From Octopus sinensis (taxonomy: Eukaryota): a stretch of DNA of 64,000 bases. The stretch lies in assembly GCF_006345805.1 (NCBI RefSeq), contig NW_021832861.1, forward strand, positions 1 through 64,000, given 5' to 3'. The notes below the pieces were generated by a model, which was given only the letters and a program-made list of their open reading frames with translations, was not told where the DNA came from and ran no database searches. The position numbers and the translations under genes were made by a program. Shown in pieces: positions 61,669 to 64,000 of the stretch. How positions within the stretch are numbered: the first letter of the stretch is position 1; the number at the start of each line of letters is the position of its first letter.

Positions 61669-63352
61669 AGAGAAGAGAAGAAGTGGGGGCTTGATGGTTA
61701 TGACTCACGAACCTTGCAATGGTGGGTGTTCTCACAGCTCTTCCGCTTGGGGTGAACCTGATAACACTCGATTGGGTTGATTTGTCCCTTCCCCGAGAAA
61801 CCCGAGTTTCGTTGGGGGCAGAAAGGCTTTAGTCGGAGGGGCACCTGCGGTGTCCTATAGGAACACCGGTGTGGATGGTGTACAGGGGGATACCCACCTG
61901 CAGTGTTGGCAGCGAGGCGAGAGGGTGGAGAGAGGGTGGATGCACCATCAAGTCTGTCTGGTATGTTATGATCTGCCGGGCTTCACCCGGCAGATGGATG
62001 CACTGCCAGGCTTCACCCACAGGGACACTACCTTGTCGTGGTTTAAGAGCTTACGTCTGTGGGTGGGACGCAAGCCGTTATTGGCCTTTGCGGGCACCAA
62101 CCCATCCGCGGACTAACTAAATGTGTCCTTTCCCCATAGCGGTTCCAATTAATTGGTGGGGACCAAGCAGTGTGGAGGATTATCGTGTGCAGAGTGGGAT
62201 GATACCCTGCTGGTTGGTCGTGGCTGCGCTTGTCGGCCTCCTGCTCATCCGGGTCGGCCACTACCTGGCTTCGGTGTGGTGTGAAGGTCCCCCATTTCTA
62301 TATAAAGAATTTCACGGGGCGGAGCCCATGGACGGCTAAGGTCAGAACGGCTGGGTTCGCTCTCCGGATTGGGCTGCTGACGGGGCGAGGTGGGGATGGG
62401 GTGCTTCCATCCTGCCTCTTATCTCGCCCAAAAGTTAGCGCCTCGTGAAGGTTGCTGTCCCTGCTGTCCCTGGGTGGCTCACGACATTGTCTCCTGACGC
62501 CAGATTGTTGTGGCTCACACATGTTATTGTGGGAGTGGACTCACTTTTGGCCTCATTACGGGAGCCAGTCAACTGACGGGTAAACCGTCAGTATTGAGCC
62601 CTTCGCGGACTGTTGCGGGGTATTTGGCTTGGTATGCGGATTTCGGTTGGCCAGGAAGGATGTTGGCTTACGGTCTGCAGGGTTTGACTCCATACTCTGG
62701 TACTCTTGATTTTCTTCCACGTACTCTTGGAAAATGCCGCGAAGTCCAATTCCTTAACGAAAAGTTATGAAACACACGGTTGCCAGGGGCCGTATAAGAT
62801 GGTGGCTTGTGGGCAAAAGAGCGGGGCTCCAAGCCAGGCCGAGCGTGTTGCCCAACCACGTTGGGTCGATATCAACGCTTCCTGCAGTTGTATAGAGCCA
62901 TTTACACTGCAGGTAATACCAATGGCTCACATACCTAACTTGACCCTGAGGGTTTCTATCGGATCCTGCACATAAAACCCCCTCGATGAAGTCTTCATAA
63001 TTTTTTTTTTTTTTTTTTTTTCGAGGACCGAGAGGCTGGTGTGTAGGATGCCCCTCAAGAAAATTTTTTTTTTTTTTGAGGAGGTGGCATGGTTTGGGGG
63101 CCGTGCCTCGATAGTTGCTTAAAATTAAAATATAAGGAAAATTAAAATAACTCGGATTGGACTTTCAGCTTCTTCTGCCTATCGAAGAAGCACCCGCTTC
63201 GCTGTTAGTTTTAGATCCCCACTACTTAGGTAGATTTTTTTTTTTTTTGTACTTTTATTTCTTTTAAGATTAACGCAAGCTGGGAATTGGCTGGATAGTG
63301 TGGGACCACCCACGTTAAATAAAGGGAAGGAGACTATTTAGTCTCATTTAGA
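61669..63352 (+). mobile_element. ORF-less R2 derivative (5' leader with ribozyme + 3' UTR), SIDE-like
   Basis: 61935-62180 matches the R2 leader at 63398-63690; 62970-63352 matches the R2 3' UTR (GTGAAGTC/T-tract, GTGGGACCACCCAC, ATTTAGA); no RT-like ORF between. Confidence 0.7.
62023..62128 (+). ncRNA. HDV-like self-cleaving ribozyme core (P2-P3-L3-P1'-P4-J4/2-P2')
   Basis: GGACAC / ACC-TTGTCGT-GGT / TTAAGAG / 13-bp P4 / CTAA / GTGTCC. Confidence 0.75.
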
Positions 63353-64000
63353 GGCCTGTTTCCTCTCTTGTGGGGTCTGTTTCTTATGACCTCTTTTGAG
63401 GTGGATGCATTAACAGGTAGGCCTGGTATGTTATGACCTGTCGGGATTCAGTGGGCTTTGCTCACTGTTTTTTACTCGGCAGGTGGATGCACTGCCAGGT
63501 GGATGCACTGCCAGGCTTCGCCCTTTTGGACACTACCTTGGCGTGGTAAGAGAGCTTACGTCCATGCGGGGTCGATGCCGGATATGCTTTACGCAATGCC
63601 GGATAAAAACCCCGTATTGGACAAACTAAACGTGTTCTTTCTCCAAAACGGTTCCAATTTAATTTGGTGGGGAGCTAGTGGATTTTGGGCGATTCTGATA
63701 GGGGGGTGCATGTCTCCCTACTAGTTAGGCTGAGCGGCCGCTGGCCGAACCCTTAGAGTCTTTTTGGTCTTTAGTGACCCGGTTAGCGCTACTGTTTGTG
63801 TGAGTCGGTTAGTGGGCGGTTCTCCCTTCGGGGACAAGAAAGTAAAGGTCGTGGCTTTATTTTAGAGCCAATGAATTGTAGACTTAGGCGTATAGAGGCC
63901 GGAGATTCTGGTTGGTTCATCGGTGTGGATCGCCTGTTTTTCCTGTGCTGGCGTGGAGGGGCCTGTGAGTTAGGTACCCAGCTGCGGTGTTAAGGAATAG
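63353..64000 (+). mobile_element. R2: 5' leader/UTR of a further R2 copy running off the window edge
   Basis: 63739-64000 is homologous to 53156-53410, the sequence preceding the R2 ORF in units 2 and 3. Confidence 0.85.
63528..63637 (+). ncRNA. HDV-like ribozyme core, second copy
   Basis: GGACAC / ACC-TTGGCGT-GGT / AAGAGAG / 12-bp P4 with compensatory changes / CTAA / GTGTTC. Confidence 0.75.

Noticed and set aside
63585-63615. AATGCCGGATAAAA resembling part of a twister ribozyme
   Set aside because: The twister core (GGUCCCAAGCCC-type loop, pseudoknots) is absent; the segment is the P4 loop of the HDV-like fold and is not conserved in the other copy.

Overview
Eukaryotic, repeat-saturated DNA with no recognisable host protein-coding gene. 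It is most likely coleoid cephalopod (Octopus-like); this is inferred from the tRNA-derived SINE families, extreme microsatellite density and GC-rich rRNA expansion segments. Bases 1-27 kb are microsatellites, SINEs, a mariner-derived MITE and small LINE/Penelope remnants. Bases 28-64 kb are a retrotransposon graveyard. It holds Tx1/L1-clade LINE copies, Penelope pieces (one with a minimal hammerhead core) and at least seven pieces of one R2 family. That R2 family has three N-terminal zinc fingers (CCHH-CCHC-CCHH, two of them missed by the ORF track), Myb, RT, a CCHC knuckle and a restriction-like endonuclease, i.e. an R2-A-clade architecture. One R2 copy ends exactly at the canonical 28S R2 site, but on an orphan 28S fragment. 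Another is fused at its 5' end to an orphan 18S fragment and begins a head-to-tail array. The array contains a 3545-bp tandem duplication, an ORF-less SIDE-like derivative, and 5' leaders that fold with covariation into an HDV-like self-cleaving ribozyme. A third rRNA fragment (28S) is fused to a SINE. Almost all long ORFs in 1-36 kb are translations of simple repeats. Coordinates were read by eye and boundaries may be off by a few to tens of bases.
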